Source: Hormiphora californensis
Taxonomy: Eukaryota; Animalia; Ctenophora
Direction: 5' to 3'
DNA length: 64,000 nucleotides
Assembly (NCBI GenBank): GCA_020137815.1
Contig: CM035352.1
Location: 5,642,001 to 5,706,000, forward strand
Under the pieces are notes generated by a model. That model worked only from the letters and a program-made list of their open reading frames with translations, was not told where the DNA came from and did not search any database. The translations under genes were made by a program, and so were the position numbers. Positions 1 to 23,190 of this stretch are shown piece after piece (position 1 is the stretch's first letter; the number at the start of each line of letters is the position of its first letter).

Positions 1-466
1 GTTCGAATTGCCCCGGTTTACCCTATGCTATTATTCGTCGTGTGTGACAGATTGTTTACCCGCGAGATCTCTTCAAGTTGCTGTACAAATTGTAGGGTCA
101 CGGTAAAGTTTCAGTCTAAACTAGTACAATTGTTCGAAGTCTAGACTGAAATGTTCATGACCGGAATGAAATATTCACATCCACCTATCAACTATATTTG
201 TCTATAGATTTACTTTCCACGGATCGCGTGTCGTCACATAGAGAATATAAGTGGCACCCAAGTGGCACCATGGTACCATGTACTAATATCTGTAGCTGCA
301 GATTATAAATGCTCGGGGGATTTAGAAATGTTCGATGGCACTACAACTTGGCAGCTCGATTTACTTAACAGTCCTCCCTGTCTCGTCATGTTGTTACTGG
401 TAGTCCTTATTTTGGGATCCCCAGCTCCCCCCGCATCACAACTTGAGAAGAGCTTGTTCGTTCCTC

Positions 467-2378
467 TTAGAAATGCCAAGCTTCCTTGAATCTTATTCCT
501 GCAAAATTTGTTGTCAGGCACACTCGGGGGAATAACATACATCTGGGATGGGACTCCAATAATATTTCTACACATGTATATACCCACCTAATTGTACTGC
601 TCCTAATCAGTATCAGTAAAGGATTGTACGCTGATAGTATTACTGGCATCAAACACGCCCCTGTAAACTGCAGAATAGGTAGAACCGGACTGCCAGTCGC
701 CCTTAGAGCTATGAAAAGGGAGACAAATAGAGCCTGTAGGAAGTTGCCCACATTCATTAGAATAATGGTAACACTGCCCTGTCCCCGGCTCTTATCTGCT
801 TGGTTCCTCAGGGAAATGTAGAGAACAAGACAGGTTGCTATGGCCGTTACTATCGAGACAATACCATTCACCTAGGGAGGGGGGGCAGAATAGAGATGAT
901 TTATCAAACAACGCTTTACACTCAGTCATTACAGCCAGCTGCAGGGATTATACCAGGTATTTATACCTGATATTTCACTCGTATTTATACCTGATATTTC
1001 ACCCGTATCAGAAGGAAGTGAGGCTCACTCTCATTCAGGGTACTGACTGCTAGTTGTTCCTCTTGAGACCATTTACCCCTGGTTATCACCACCGTGGTTG
1101 TGTTAACCACTAGCGCAGTTAACAGAAACCCCGCACAGAAACACTTTAGAAGCCGTCGATGTATCCGGTAAAATGGTAGACGAATGCATATCAACCTGAT
1201 CACTCCTATATCGGGGGGGGGGGGGGTGACACGTAACACTATATCGGGAGAGAGAGAATGTTTTACATTAGGTTTAAATTTTACAAGAACATTCACAGTG
1301 ATGCATGTTATAGTTATTGACTTTCATGCCAATGCTCTGACCACAGTTCTCGCGTGCTCCGAGTCCGAGAAATGAGAATCAGGACAATGCTTTGACAGGT
1401 TATAGAGCTCATAATTAGCTAACTCCTGTAGTCTGCACCTTCCATTGAGAGATTTGTGTCTAACTATAACTAGCTATCTGCTATAGTTAAATACGGTTCA
1501 GTATTTAATATTTGCGTACTGCAATATATATGCCATGCAGTGGTTGAACAAAGCCTGATAACTAAGCTACAATTATACTATATATAAAACAGCTCTCTAC
1601 GCGAAACTGGTTTGGCCATGTGACTTTTCTTCGGTTAAATTGCCGTGACCCCCCGTAATAAACAACTATCTCGCGATCTATATATCTGTATACCAAGGAT
1701 TGCGATTGGTTACGAAGTCACCCCTATTATTGCATATAGCTAGCGCAGAGGGGGAATTTCATTACCAAGGATTGCGACATGAGTTGCAGACATGCATCCG
1801 GCCGTTAGGAACCACACTGTCAGAACCCGCTCCACAACTGTACTTCCTCTCTGAAATATAGAACCGGGATATGTATCAAGATGTGGCTGAACTGAGTAGT
1901 ACAAGTACAAAATGTAGTACAAGTACAAAATGTAGTACAAGAACAAAATGTTAGTTTTAACTGATGTGAATTATATAGTTATATACCTCCATCGATTGCT
2001 CGCCGCATGGTCCAATGAGAAGACGGGCAGCCGTGAAAAGGGGGTAGAAGAGGTTGGATAGAAAATCCGCCAAAGCAATCAACCTGTTGAGGCAGTAGTT
2101 ATATGTGGTATATCAATGTTAAAATCAGGGTAAATTTTAGTCTACAAGTCCATCGTTGGCTAGGAACGGGGTGTATGGGTTCGATGTAAACTATGTCTAT
2201 AGACTTTAAGATTCGGTCTTATCAAATCCAGCTTTGAATGGTACCTGAATAGTAGGTTTGGTGTTTGATTCCCCATATTAGCGATAAACACAATAGGATT
2301 CAGTAAGGTGGAGACCAGCGAAGATGTGATGAGTAGCACTGCAAATACAATATCCCATACCGGACCAAAGACAGTCAT
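467..2378 (-). CDS. Multi-exon rhodopsin-like (class A) 7TM GPCR
   Basis: GT-AG exons join TM1 (LLITSSLVSTLLNPIVF, 2245-2378), TM2 LIALADFLSNL (~1987-2084), TM3 (~1766-1850), GVIRLICIRLPFY (DRY-equivalent, ~1005-1205) and TM5-7 ending SAYNPLLILIR (467-871). The C-terminus could extend to 303 if a 20-nt intron is used. Confidence 0.75.
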
Positions 2379-2481
2379 GATACTATCAGTATTACTCTGT
2401 ACTAACTAATCTTATTACTATAAGACTCTGATTCAGGGTATATTAGCACAGTCGAGTCATAGCTTGTATGTAGATTGTAGT

Positions 2482-2542
2482 ACAGTCGCACTGGTCGGTT
2501 TCCCGGTAAACCGGGGTTTCGGTAAATCGGGGTCCGACTGTA
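2482..2542. mobile_element. Small TA-flanked MITE remnant (CAGTCG...CGACTG termini, Tc1/mariner-like)
   Basis: tacagtcg...ggggtccgactgta. The same ggggtccgactg end recurs at ~14526 and ~61270. Confidence 0.5.
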
Positions 2543-2876
2543 TTATATGACAGCGCCGCTGAACAAGAGTCGAGAGACTACAGAAATTTCCGAGTTATAA
2601 AATTCTCTTTAATTTTTATCATTTTTATATGGTATCCCCTCAAGTGGATCGTATAAAAAGTCTTTGAAGCAGTCTGCGCATGCAGACATGATAAGTACTC
2701 TTATTAAGTGAGCATAAAGACAGGGAATTTTAGTTAACTTATGTCATATTACGTTCGATATCAATCGAATTCAAAGTCTTTTTATTGAGTGGATTATATC
2801 AATCTAAAGAAATTACGTTATTTTATCTGAAATAGTTAAATCATTTCTATTTCAATAACCACCCATTACTTTCCAG

Positions 2877-13913
<11,037 letters not shown>

Positions 13914-14908
13914 AGTGCACACCTCCCTGTTCGGGTTCCCCTCTATTGCCCCCGCGATAAGGATACTGATAGTGGAAAAGACTTTAATTGAGTGATCTTA
14001 TTAGGATATGATGTACCTCAAATTGGATCATTGAATAATTTACTTTCAGTTTAAGAATTCAATTTGAAAATTAACTTGTTTTGATTTTGAATTACAGACG
14101 GACCCCTATTTACCGGGATATATGTATAATGCGGGAAAAAGGATTTTGTCCGGTAAAACCTTTCTGGCGTTGCCTGGCTAGACTGTGTTTCGGGCGCCCC
14201 GCCTTCCTTTACAAATGTAAAGGGAGGGTTAGAACATAACAATTCTGGCGATAGCACTCGGCGGCACCGACCCGATCTGAGCGCACTGTCGCTTTGAGAT
14301 CGGGTCGGCGCCGCTAGACAAAGCAGGACAGATTAAAACTAGATCGGGTTGAGTCGTCTCACTGGCACGGATCAGGTTGCCCGGTACATCGGGCTTTCTC
14401 ATGGCTTTAAGGGTTTGATTTTCTGTCCGAGGCAGTACGCTCAGATACGGTTGGTGACGCTAGACAGATATCGAAATTCGAATGAAATATATCTTGCCGG
14501 TTATTAACCGGAAGGATAAATAACCGGGGTCCGACTGGCGACTGTAGTCTCAATTAGCCACTAGACGTTAGAGTCAGTGGCAATGGCACTGTATGTCAGT
14601 GTGATCATCACGGTGATGCATTCCCACTCTCCTCGCTTCTCTCAGAGGAAGCGCACTACTTGTTGCGAAACTACTGACCCTTTCTCGCGCTATGAAAACG
14701 GGGTCGACGCTGCGACTGCTGCCGGCTGCGAGAGTGTCAATCAGATCTCGTGCACGCCACGCTCGGAAGAGCTGAGTGCGGCGCCCTAATCCGCACCACG
14801 ACAACAGAGTCCGACAGAAAGGGTCAGTGGGATTCTGGTCAGGGTTCTGATATCTGCAGATGAAGGTAGTCCTACTTTAGGGCCATATTTGTAAACATTT
14901 CACAATAT

Positions 14909-14992
14909 ACAGTCAAACCTCGATTTACCGGGTTAACTCCCTTGATTAGGATGATTGATGTATTTCATCGATCTATATCGAGGTTTGACTGT
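14909..14992. mobile_element. MITE with CAGTCAAACCTCGAT terminal inverted repeats
   Basis: acagtcaaacctcgat...atcgaggtttgactgt. A related end lies at ~7823. Confidence 0.65.
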
Positions 14993-15192
14993 TGAATAGG
15001 TAGATATTACCAGGATTTTCAAAGAGATAATTAAAACAAAGCAAACGTAACAGATAATATGATGGTTTTTATTCTTTTATCTTTCTCAACAGTCTGATTC
15101 TGAAGTCTCTCAATCTCATATCTAGTCGATAGAGATGTTACTAAGATTTTGTTGGATTTTGGAGCTTTGTTCATGATGACACTCCCTCCTGT

Positions 15193-16961
15193 TCATGTAC
15201 TCAGTCCCTGGCTCTCCAGTAGGGAAGGTGGAATGGAGGCGTTACACAACTTCTTGTCCTCCCTCTCAAACAGATATGTACCCCACATGTGGCCGGTCGG
15301 TGATCTCAGGTTGATCATTGAACTGTACTGGAAACACCCTCCTACCGGAATTATTGGCTCCTGTTGAAAAATAGAGGGGTTAAAGATGGGAATATGGCCC
15401 TTTTACACGTTCAAGCTGTCTGGAGGTGCCTACCCGTTTAGACTCTCAGTGCGGGTCGGGGCCGCCAGACAGACACACACAGTCTGCAAGAAAGAAAGAT
15501 GGGTCGATTTTGATGTATTATTTACCTGTCCAACGACTCCTGTGCCGGTAATAGTTTCCCTATAGTCGTTCTCACTATAAATACACCAAGTCCTCTCTCT
15601 GAGCTGTACAGCAACATCACCAAGGTTCTCTATCATTATAGTGTACCTCCACCAGTGCTGGTCTGTTGGTGCCTCTGTCTGAGAGGAGAAGGGGATGTTA
15701 AATAATGGGTACTCGCCACAATATGATGGCATTAGTCGCTGGCTGGCGGTGCCACCCGATCAGGGGTCTGGCAACGCCAGACAGGTCGCGGAAGTGTCAC
15801 TACCGGCGCCCTGAATCTAAAAACTCTGCGCGCGAGAGAATTCTGCGCGGACCACTCCACCGTGAAGACCCCGCGCCGTACACACCTTGCTACCCATGTA
15901 GAACGTACACACAAAAACTCTGATACCGGCGGTTGTCTGAACATGGACGTCTTTCAATCGGAGTCTATCAAAGTTGTCTTCGTGGAATTTATGTAACATA
16001 TCAGTGGAGTAATACGAAGCAATACCACCTAGTTAGAGATGAGGGGTATTAGTGACAATAATCACAGAGTCTAACGCAGCGGTGATGTACTCTCCTCTCT
16101 GCAATACATAAAGGAGGGTCAGAACATAACAAACCTGGGCCACTTTTCTTCTCGAGAAACTTTGGGAACAGATCGTGTTGAATTGGTTGGCTAGGGGAGG
16201 TATCCTCATAGGGTAATAAGTTATCATGTAAAATGTAATCGATACCAGGTATTGTGTAAAACTTCCTCTGATCAGACCCAAGGAACATTATCCCCTGCTT
16301 GTGCTGTGAGGAGAGTTTGAGAGTTTGAGAGGTACAGGATCAATACGGGCAAATGGAACCCCACTACAAATACTACCTACATTTGGGGAGTCTCTGTTGT
16401 CCACTAGTACTTGGTAACAGATATCTGTCTTGTAGCTTTCTCTTGGTAACTCAGGAACCTCTTCTGTATCTCCAGCTTTCAGCTTCCTGAGATATAGTAG
16501 GAAAACATTAGGGAAGGGTGATGTATTGGGTGCAAATAAATGGAGATTATAATAATAAAAGGGGTGACTTCGTAACCCAGTAACTTACACATCGAATTGA
16601 GAGGGGAAAGTTTTGCTGTTTCTGTTAAAGACCCTAGTAACCCAGGGGAATAGCACGACACCCCGGTAGTGGAGCTTCTTGTGTATAAACAGTTGTCCAC
16701 AGCTGTAGTTACCAGAGGATTTGGGACGGGTAAACCGGCCAACTTCCGTCAGATCATCAGCTCTGAGGGAGAGAATTGTTGTTTAGTACAATTAGTTAGT
16801 ACAATTGGAGAAGACTGTATAAGAGATCAGAAATGTATTATGAGTTCGAGGGGGTCGGAGTGTATTATTGTAACTCACCTGACGGTGTGAGATCGTACTG
16901 AGAGCACATGACTAAATAGTTTAGTCACGTGATGTTGTGTTCTCCTAACATTACTCAGCAT
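15193..16961 (-). CDS. POLDIP2: Polymerase delta-interacting protein 2 (YccV-like + ApaG/DUF525 domains), multi-exon
   Basis: LTEVGRF..GQLFIHKKLHYRGVVLFPW, TIPGIDYILHDNLLPY, HVQTTAGIRVFVCTFYMG, HWWRYTIMIENLG..VQLRERTW, GTGVVGQEP, FQYSS..GHMWGTY; N-terminus resembles a mitochondrial targeting peptide. Confidence 0.92.
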
Positions 16962-17320
16962 GATCCATCCGGTACTACAGAGGAGAGAGATAGTAGTGAG
17001 CTATTAAGGGGGGGGGGGTAGTGTCAGGAGACATGACAAGAATTCAGTTAATAGATAAACAATAGCAATAAAGGAATGTGGAACGTATACAGGTCAAAAA
17101 CTGGCTTAACAGGTCGTATTCAAAAAGAAGACACAGTGCCCTAACGATACACAGTAAGACTGGTCAAACAAGTTCGAGTTGAATATATGCAAAAGAAATG
17201 ATGTTGCTCCGGAAGCTAAATCTCATTTTCTTGTCCAAACACACACATATCACGTTACGAATATCATGCGATATATTGGCCCTCTACTGCATAATATTCA
17301 CACAAGCGGGAACTAGAAAT

Positions 17321-18736
17321 TCAGGTTCCACTCACTAAACTCACAACAAAACACTTCAAATCTTTCTTTTCCCTTTCAGGAGTTAAATCTTCCATATCTG
17401 AGATCTTGAGTCCTTTATCAACAACAAACACTCCTGTCAGGAACTTTAACTTCATCTGACACCGCTCCAGACCGCCCCTCAGATACCCCTTGACACCAGG
17501 GTCCCCTGAACTCACCGTTCTCAAGTCTCTAAACTCAGTGGATGAAAATCCAATTAGTGGAGCCAGGAACCGCTCTGTAAGTGATACCTCTGCTGCACCT
17601 GATCGGTCTTGTAACTTGCAGGTTAACCGCCATTCAGGATTAGGGGTTAGTTTAGATGTTAGAGTAGAGATCGTGGCCTTGACACGCACAGGGAAGGCAG
17701 TTCGAACTGAGAGATCTGATACTAAACAAAACGCATCTGCTTTCTCGTCATCAAAAAGATCAAAATCGTCATCCAGAAGTAGATCAAAGTTAGATGTTGT
17801 CTGGCCTGAAGAAGCTGGTTTTGGGGCAGGCATTCCTGATGTTGGTACAGCAGTTGGAGTGGAATAGGAAGAGTTAGTTATGAAACTATCCATTGTAGTG
17901 CTAGGGGTAGTATCCTTTGGGGTAGACTTCTCAGATTTTGGGTAAACATTGCTTGAATTGGTGTTGTTAGACGAACTCCTCCCTTCACTTTTAATAGTGC
18001 ACGGTCTCTTGACCTGGTGGTCGCTATTATAGGGCCCTTTAGTTTGGGCTGGGTAGGGTTCACGTTTAGGTTGATTTGTTGGTGCTGAGTGGGGTTCACG
18101 TTTAGGTTGATTTATTTCCATCTCACTATCTCCCTCTTCCTCTACATTTCCGGCTTCCTCCGCTTGTACCATTTCTAGGATTTCAATCTGGGAAACATCT
18201 CCCAGTTCCTTTACTCCTCCACCCAGTACCTTCATTCTTCCAGGTTCTAACAATATGATACCGAGACGACACGAGACATCCTTGAGAACTATCTTGGAGC
18301 CTGCTGACAGGGAACTTAGTCCAGGACACTTCTTGTACTCTATTGCCCCCAGAGTATTTACCCCATCTGATAGGGACATGTAGATAAGACTCTTACCACC
18401 ACCACCACCATTGCCCCAATTCTGACGGTTCCCACTTTCATCATGTTCCTCACACTTTTCTCCCCTCAGTTTCTTGATTTGTGAATAGAACGACGTTGCA
18501 ACATCGTACGAATGCTGTATCTGGACCGTCCCACTAACTTTGTTACATTGGCCCGACATGTCTAGGGCTGGTAGGAGACTTGAGGGAGCGTGGGTATCAG
18601 ATAAATCGGTCTGGAGCCACTTTTGGTAAATTTGAGCAGGAGACGAAGGACCTGCTGACAGTTGATCTCTAGCCCAGGATTCACTGATTGATACACCATG
18701 ATACTGACGGTGAAGGGAAGTCACTATATCGGTCAT
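17321..18736 (-). CDS. RMI1: RecQ-mediated genome instability protein 1, single exon
   Basis: IYQKWLQTDL, QIQHSYDVATSFYSQ, YMSLSDGVNTLGAIEYK, AGSKIVL..RLGIILLEP..KVLGGGV (N-terminal OB fold); C-terminal OB fold VKATISTLTSKL..WRLTCKLQD. Likely ATG at 18736, just after a ttcacag acceptor. Confidence 0.9.
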   Translation of the reverse strand: MTDIVTSLHRQYHGVSISESWARDQLSAGPSSPAQIYQKWLQTDLSDTHAPSSLLPALDMSGQCNKVSGTVQIQHSYDVATSFYSQIKKLRGEKCEEHDESGNRQNWGNGGGGGKSLIYMSLSDGVNTLGAIEYKKCPGLSSLSAGSKIVLKDVSCRLGIILLEPGRMKVLGGGVKELGDVSQIEILEMVQAEEAGNVEEEGDSEMEINQPKREPHSAPTNQPKREPYPAQTKGPYNSDHQVKRPCTIKSEGRSSSNNTNSSNVYPKSEKSTPKDTTPSTTMDSFITNSSYSTPTAVPTSGMPAPKPASSGQTTSNFDLLLDDDFDLFDDEKADAFCLVSDLSVRTAFPVRVKATISTLTSKLTPNPEWRLTCKLQDRSGAAEVSLTERFLAPLIGFSSTEFRDLRTVSSGDPGVKGYLRGGLERCQMKLKFLTGVFVVDKGLKISDMEDLTPEREKKDLKCFVVSLVSGT

Positions 18737-18961
18737 CCCTGTGAAGTAGAAAAGCTTTATTATTATACAAGGTTGAGGGATAATGCACGAAAGGGAGATC
18801 AATAAAAAGGGTTGCGCTTGATAAGGAGAGAAGTTTTTGAGTGGTGGTTGGGATAGGGAGATCAACTCTATATATTGGGGTTTTTCATAGTCCATACTGT
18901 TCCTAGAAGGCATGTAGGTGATACGTTTGCACCTCTTTTTCAAAGAGAGCAAACGATTGAG

Positions 18962-19440
18962 TGATAGAGAAAGAGATAGATAGAGAGAGAGAAAGATAGG
19001 ATAGAGAGAGAGAGAGAGAGCCGACCGAGAGAGAGAGAGCAGAGCAAGCGGAGATGAGAGAGATGAGAGAGAGAGTAAGGCAACGCTTTTCGGTAGAGGA
19101 TTCAGAGGCTTGTAAGAGAGCCAGGAGTAAGACGACGTGTCGAGGAGGAGAGAATGATGCGAGCCCTAGAGGAGAGAGAGATGCAGAGAGAGAGTCCACT
19201 CGCTGACAGCACCGAGAGAGAGTAGGTACGAATGGAGAGAGGAGACGATGTAGAGAATCCGAGGTACGAGAGAGGGAGAGGAGAGAGAGGGAGAGAGAGA
19301 GAAGGAGGAGGACCGCGGAGATCGATGTGAGGAGAGATGGAGAGGAGAGAGAGAGAGAAGCGAGACGGAGAAGACGGGAGAGAGAGCAGAGAGAGAGAGA
19401 GATAGAGAGAGATGACGAGAGAGAGAGAAGAGAGAGAGAG

Positions 19441-19510
<70 letters not shown>
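18962..19510. repeat. Degenerate (GA)n microsatellite
   Basis: Direct reading. Confidence 0.9.
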
Positions 19511-19514
<4 letters not shown>

Positions 19515-19705
19515 TGTTCAGTGCTGGAGACTGTTGTACCCCACACACATCCTTGCTTGTCCCCTCACTTGTTGAGTGTAGTCACAAACAAACACATCTT
19601 TTCAATTGACTTTTGATACGCCTAATTAAACTTCCCGCTAATTGCATCACTAATTAATTAATTGCATAACTAATCAATCTATTCATAGGTAGTTGAAACG
19701 GCGCC

Positions 19706-20789
19706 ATGGCGAACCGGATGTTTTTCTTCATAGCCCTACCGGGTACTATTATTTGTTTCATCGCCTATTGTATGGTGGTCTTCACCCCCAACTACATTAC
19801 CTATACTGCCAAAGTACCGGAGAAACTGAAAGTAAGTAACTACACCGGCACCACTGTAATCGGTTTATTTTCTAGTATTACCAAAGCACTTCTCAGTCCC
19901 AGTTCTTGTCTTCGTACATGTCTAGTGAAATGAAACACACCGTATGTCTTAGTAGGTATCTATTCCAGCCCCCAATCTTCCCAGGAAGGACAGACGATTG
20001 AAAACTATCGGATGGGAATAATACAGAACTGTACCATGGAAGGCAAAGCCACCAAAGTCAAGGGAGAGAAGGAACTCCAGATGGTCTGGGGAAAATGGGA
20101 CTGCAAACTTCTCGACTGGAAAAGTTAGTTCAAAAATCTACCAAGCACTCTATATTCCTATTTCCAGTTTCAACTAAATCAAGATATTTTTCAGTTTTGG
20201 CGAATCAGGTATTCTTAGCGTTCCTATCGACAACTTCAGTGGCCTGGTTCACCCTGTTGGGAGCATTCTTTGTCGGTCTGGCCAAGATCATTCTGGATTG
20301 GGTTCCCCATGATAAGATCAAGGCTGCAAGAAGTAAGTCTAGAGACTATAATTCGTTGAAATAATGTAGATTTGCTAATCTAATGTAGATTTGCTAACCC
20401 TTTATTTGCCTTTCAGTTCTGTGCAGTAAAAACTTCGGTCTTGGTCTCATGTCTGCTCATATCACCGCTGGTAAGTGAAAGAAGAAAGACAAGAGTTTAG
20501 AAGTTGAGTAACCAAAGAGATTGAATTGTTCGGGAGCACGAACACAGTGTCAGGCGACTCAACAAAGTGAGTTTAAGAGACGAAAAGTTAATAACATATC
20601 ATTCCCGCAGGTGGTTTCATCATTGCTTCTACCGTGTGTATCATCGTCCTGTGGAAACTAAAGTTCGCCTCCGCTGGTTGGGTTCTTGGATTTAACGTGT
20701 TCCTTGGAATTGGTGTGGCAATCGGTTCTTTCGTTACTGCTATCATGTGGTTCATGGATGTCAGGAAAATGGGCGTCGTACCTCTATAA
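19706..20789 (+). CDS. Claudin/PMP22-like four-transmembrane protein, 5 exons
   Basis: N-terminal TM, first loop with MGIIQNC...WDC (resembles G-L-W-C-C), three more hydrophobic segments and C-terminus GVVPL*. GT-AG junctions are in frame. Confidence 0.65.
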
Positions 20790-21232
20790 ATATCCCAGCT
20801 ATATATTCAGGGCACTATCAGACCTTGCTACACACGGCTCAGACTTCAATCCCTTCACTTTATATTACTGTTGTCCATGCATGCAGATTGTATCTTTAGG
20901 TTTTAAACACTGCACGTGGCATGTAGAGTACTATTGAAAAATATCAGTTTTGTACAGGTGTATAAAGTTCAAATAAATTTCATTCATTGGAAGACAATCA
21001 ATCATAACCCTTTTCTAACAAATATTTGCTAATCTCTCTCTCAACTGTGTTTAAATTTTGAAGGTGTTGTTAATCTGTTATGTGTTTCTAATCGCCCCCA
21101 ATTCTCATAAATCTGAGTTTTTGTGTTTCGAATTTAGCATTATTAGAAATTGACAATGTCATGGCCCAGGATGTATCATACTCAATACTGTCCATGTCAA
21201 ACTACAAGTCTGTGTCAGTAATTTTATCCCCA

Positions 21233-23190
21233 TTATTCCATATCATTGAAGAGAAGTTCCACAGCCGCGTTCACGTCCCCATTGGTCGCCTCCAGAGCCT
21301 GGAAATGCAAAGAAACGTGAAATAAACAGGGGGTTCGGAGATTACTCTACATAGGACAATTTGAGATATATATCCCAAGATGACTCCCTACTTTACCTGA
21401 ACATTCTGAACATCATCCATTAGACCCATCGAGTGAAGCTGTGCTAACTGCTCAGCCCTGTTCTGCTGCTGCTGCGGTTGAGGGGCCTGTGGGGCGCCCT
21501 GTGTTTGTTGTTGAGCTGCAGCTATCATCTGCTGTAATGCAGCCATATTAGCTTCCTGGTCACCACCTGCACCACCACCTGGGTGAGTTGTCAGATAATA
21601 ATAACATGTCATTAATTTGATATCTTCTAGATCAAAAAGTAAGACAGCTCAACAATACCTCCATTTTGATGGTTGGTTGCTCGAAGTGCCCCTGAGAGTG
21701 CTTGCTGGAAGAACTCAGGAGTAATACGAGACATAGCAGAACCACCAGCACCACTACCAGTCGGTATACCTTGTCTTAGTCCTGTACCCATACCTGGCCC
21801 TGTCCTAGCACCAGGAGGTGGTGCCGGGTAACCTAACTCTGAAAAAGTAACAATGGGTTTTAAAAAAATGGGTTTTCACGCAAAAACTCAGATACACAAG
21901 ATGGCAGTACCTAAATACAGTAAGTTAGTAACTAGTAGTTACCGTTAAGCATCTGTGTCATTTCATTGGGTGCGGTAGAGAAGACCCCTGGTTTTCCCTG
22001 GACTGTTTCCAGGAACTTTAGGACACATGTATTAGCTCTTAGGAACCTCTCAGCTTTCTCCCAGTTTAGTAGTTCAGTCCTGCACTTGGTTGACAATAGC
22101 AGAGCAATGAGTGTAGTTGGGATCGCTTTGGCATCCAGGTTAGCCTCCAAAAAGGCAAGAGCTTTGGGATTCAGTTGGATCTGAAACAATCATATTTCAG
22201 GGATGAGTGAGTGGTTAGTTCTTCAATGTTACAGTATCGCTACGATCGATAAATTGTTACCTGGTTAATGATATTTTGCAGTGTCTGTATGTGATTATTT
22301 GTAACTGTTGGTTGCTCTATCCTCAATATAGGCATCACGTATATAACCTGGTCAATGTCAGCATCTACTGTGCTCTCGTCCGTCAATAACTTGGAGTTGC
22401 AAATCTGTAGGGAAATACATGTTACTAATGATATTAGAAGTGGGGGGAGGGTCCAGCCCTAAAAAAGCTAAGCCATCGACCAAAATCAGGGTACCATTAG
22501 CCTTTTTTAGCTTTTTATAGGCTAAAAAAAGCTAAAAAAAAAGCTAAAAAAAGCTAAAATTGAGTTCTTAGTGAATTCATATAGGTTCGAATCCCGCTGA
22601 CGCCAAATTTTTAAACTTTTATTATAACGTTTTATAACGTTTTTTGAACTTTTTTAGAACCTTTTTAAACTATTTTTATCAAATTAAAATAATATTTTTA
22701 TCGAAAAAATCTCTCCAGAAAATGGCAGAAGGGGTAGATACAGAAATTGCTATGTATGGACATAAACGGTAGAGTATGGTAAAATTAGGTGCAGGAAATG
22801 AACAAATACAGTCAATAGGCGTCCGGAAGGATGAAAATTTAATAGAAAAGTGTCAAGATGAATGCCGAAAAAAGATAAAAAGTAGGGCTAAAAAAGCTAA
22901 AAAAAGCTAAAAAAAGCCAACATAAAAAAGCCATCGACCAAAATCAGGGTACCTTTTTTAGGGCTGGACCACCCCCCCCCCCCCCCCAGAAGTGTAACCC
23001 AATTAGAGATGAATCATGACTCTCTCAGTAAAAAGCAACAAAGCAATAAACAACATACCAGTTGGTGTGATTCCATTTGGTGATCAGTAAGGTGTTGCAC
23101 ATGATCCTTTATCAGTAGTGTTGGGGTCGGCCCACCTAGTCCCTCAAGAACATGCTTCTGCCGTGTCTTGGAGTCGTATATCGTAATCAT
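21233..23190 (-). CDS. UBL7: Ubiquitin-like protein 7 (UBL + UBA), 6 exons
   Basis: N-terminal UBL (QLICNSKLLTD), RITPEFFQQALSGAL, and UBA QLAQLHSMGLMDDVQNVQALEATNGDVNAAVELLF. Confidence 0.75.
22449..22970. mobile_element. Intronic MITE with TIR ggtccagccctaaaaaag
   Basis: Inverted termini ggtccagccctaaaaaag / cttttttagggctggacc, and an internal direct repeat aagccatcgaccaaaatcagggtacc. Confidence 0.7.

Noticed and set aside
568-587. Possible 20-nt GT-AG micro-intron in the GPCR tail
   Set aside because: It would join to the 303-587 frame, but the unspliced frame already gives a plausible C-terminus; unsupported without transcripts.
18737-18952. N-terminal 72 aa of the 543-aa RMI1 ORF
   Set aside because: Starts at a non-ATG codon upstream of a clear acceptor; homology begins at MTDIV.
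18903-19609. SL-rich and RE-rich ORFs (also 3384, 3987, 5840)
   Set aside because: Translations of GA/CT microsatellites.
22583-22600. ggttcgaatccc tRNA T-loop/B-box motif
   Set aside because: No cloverleaf or A-box around it; it lies inside a MITE.
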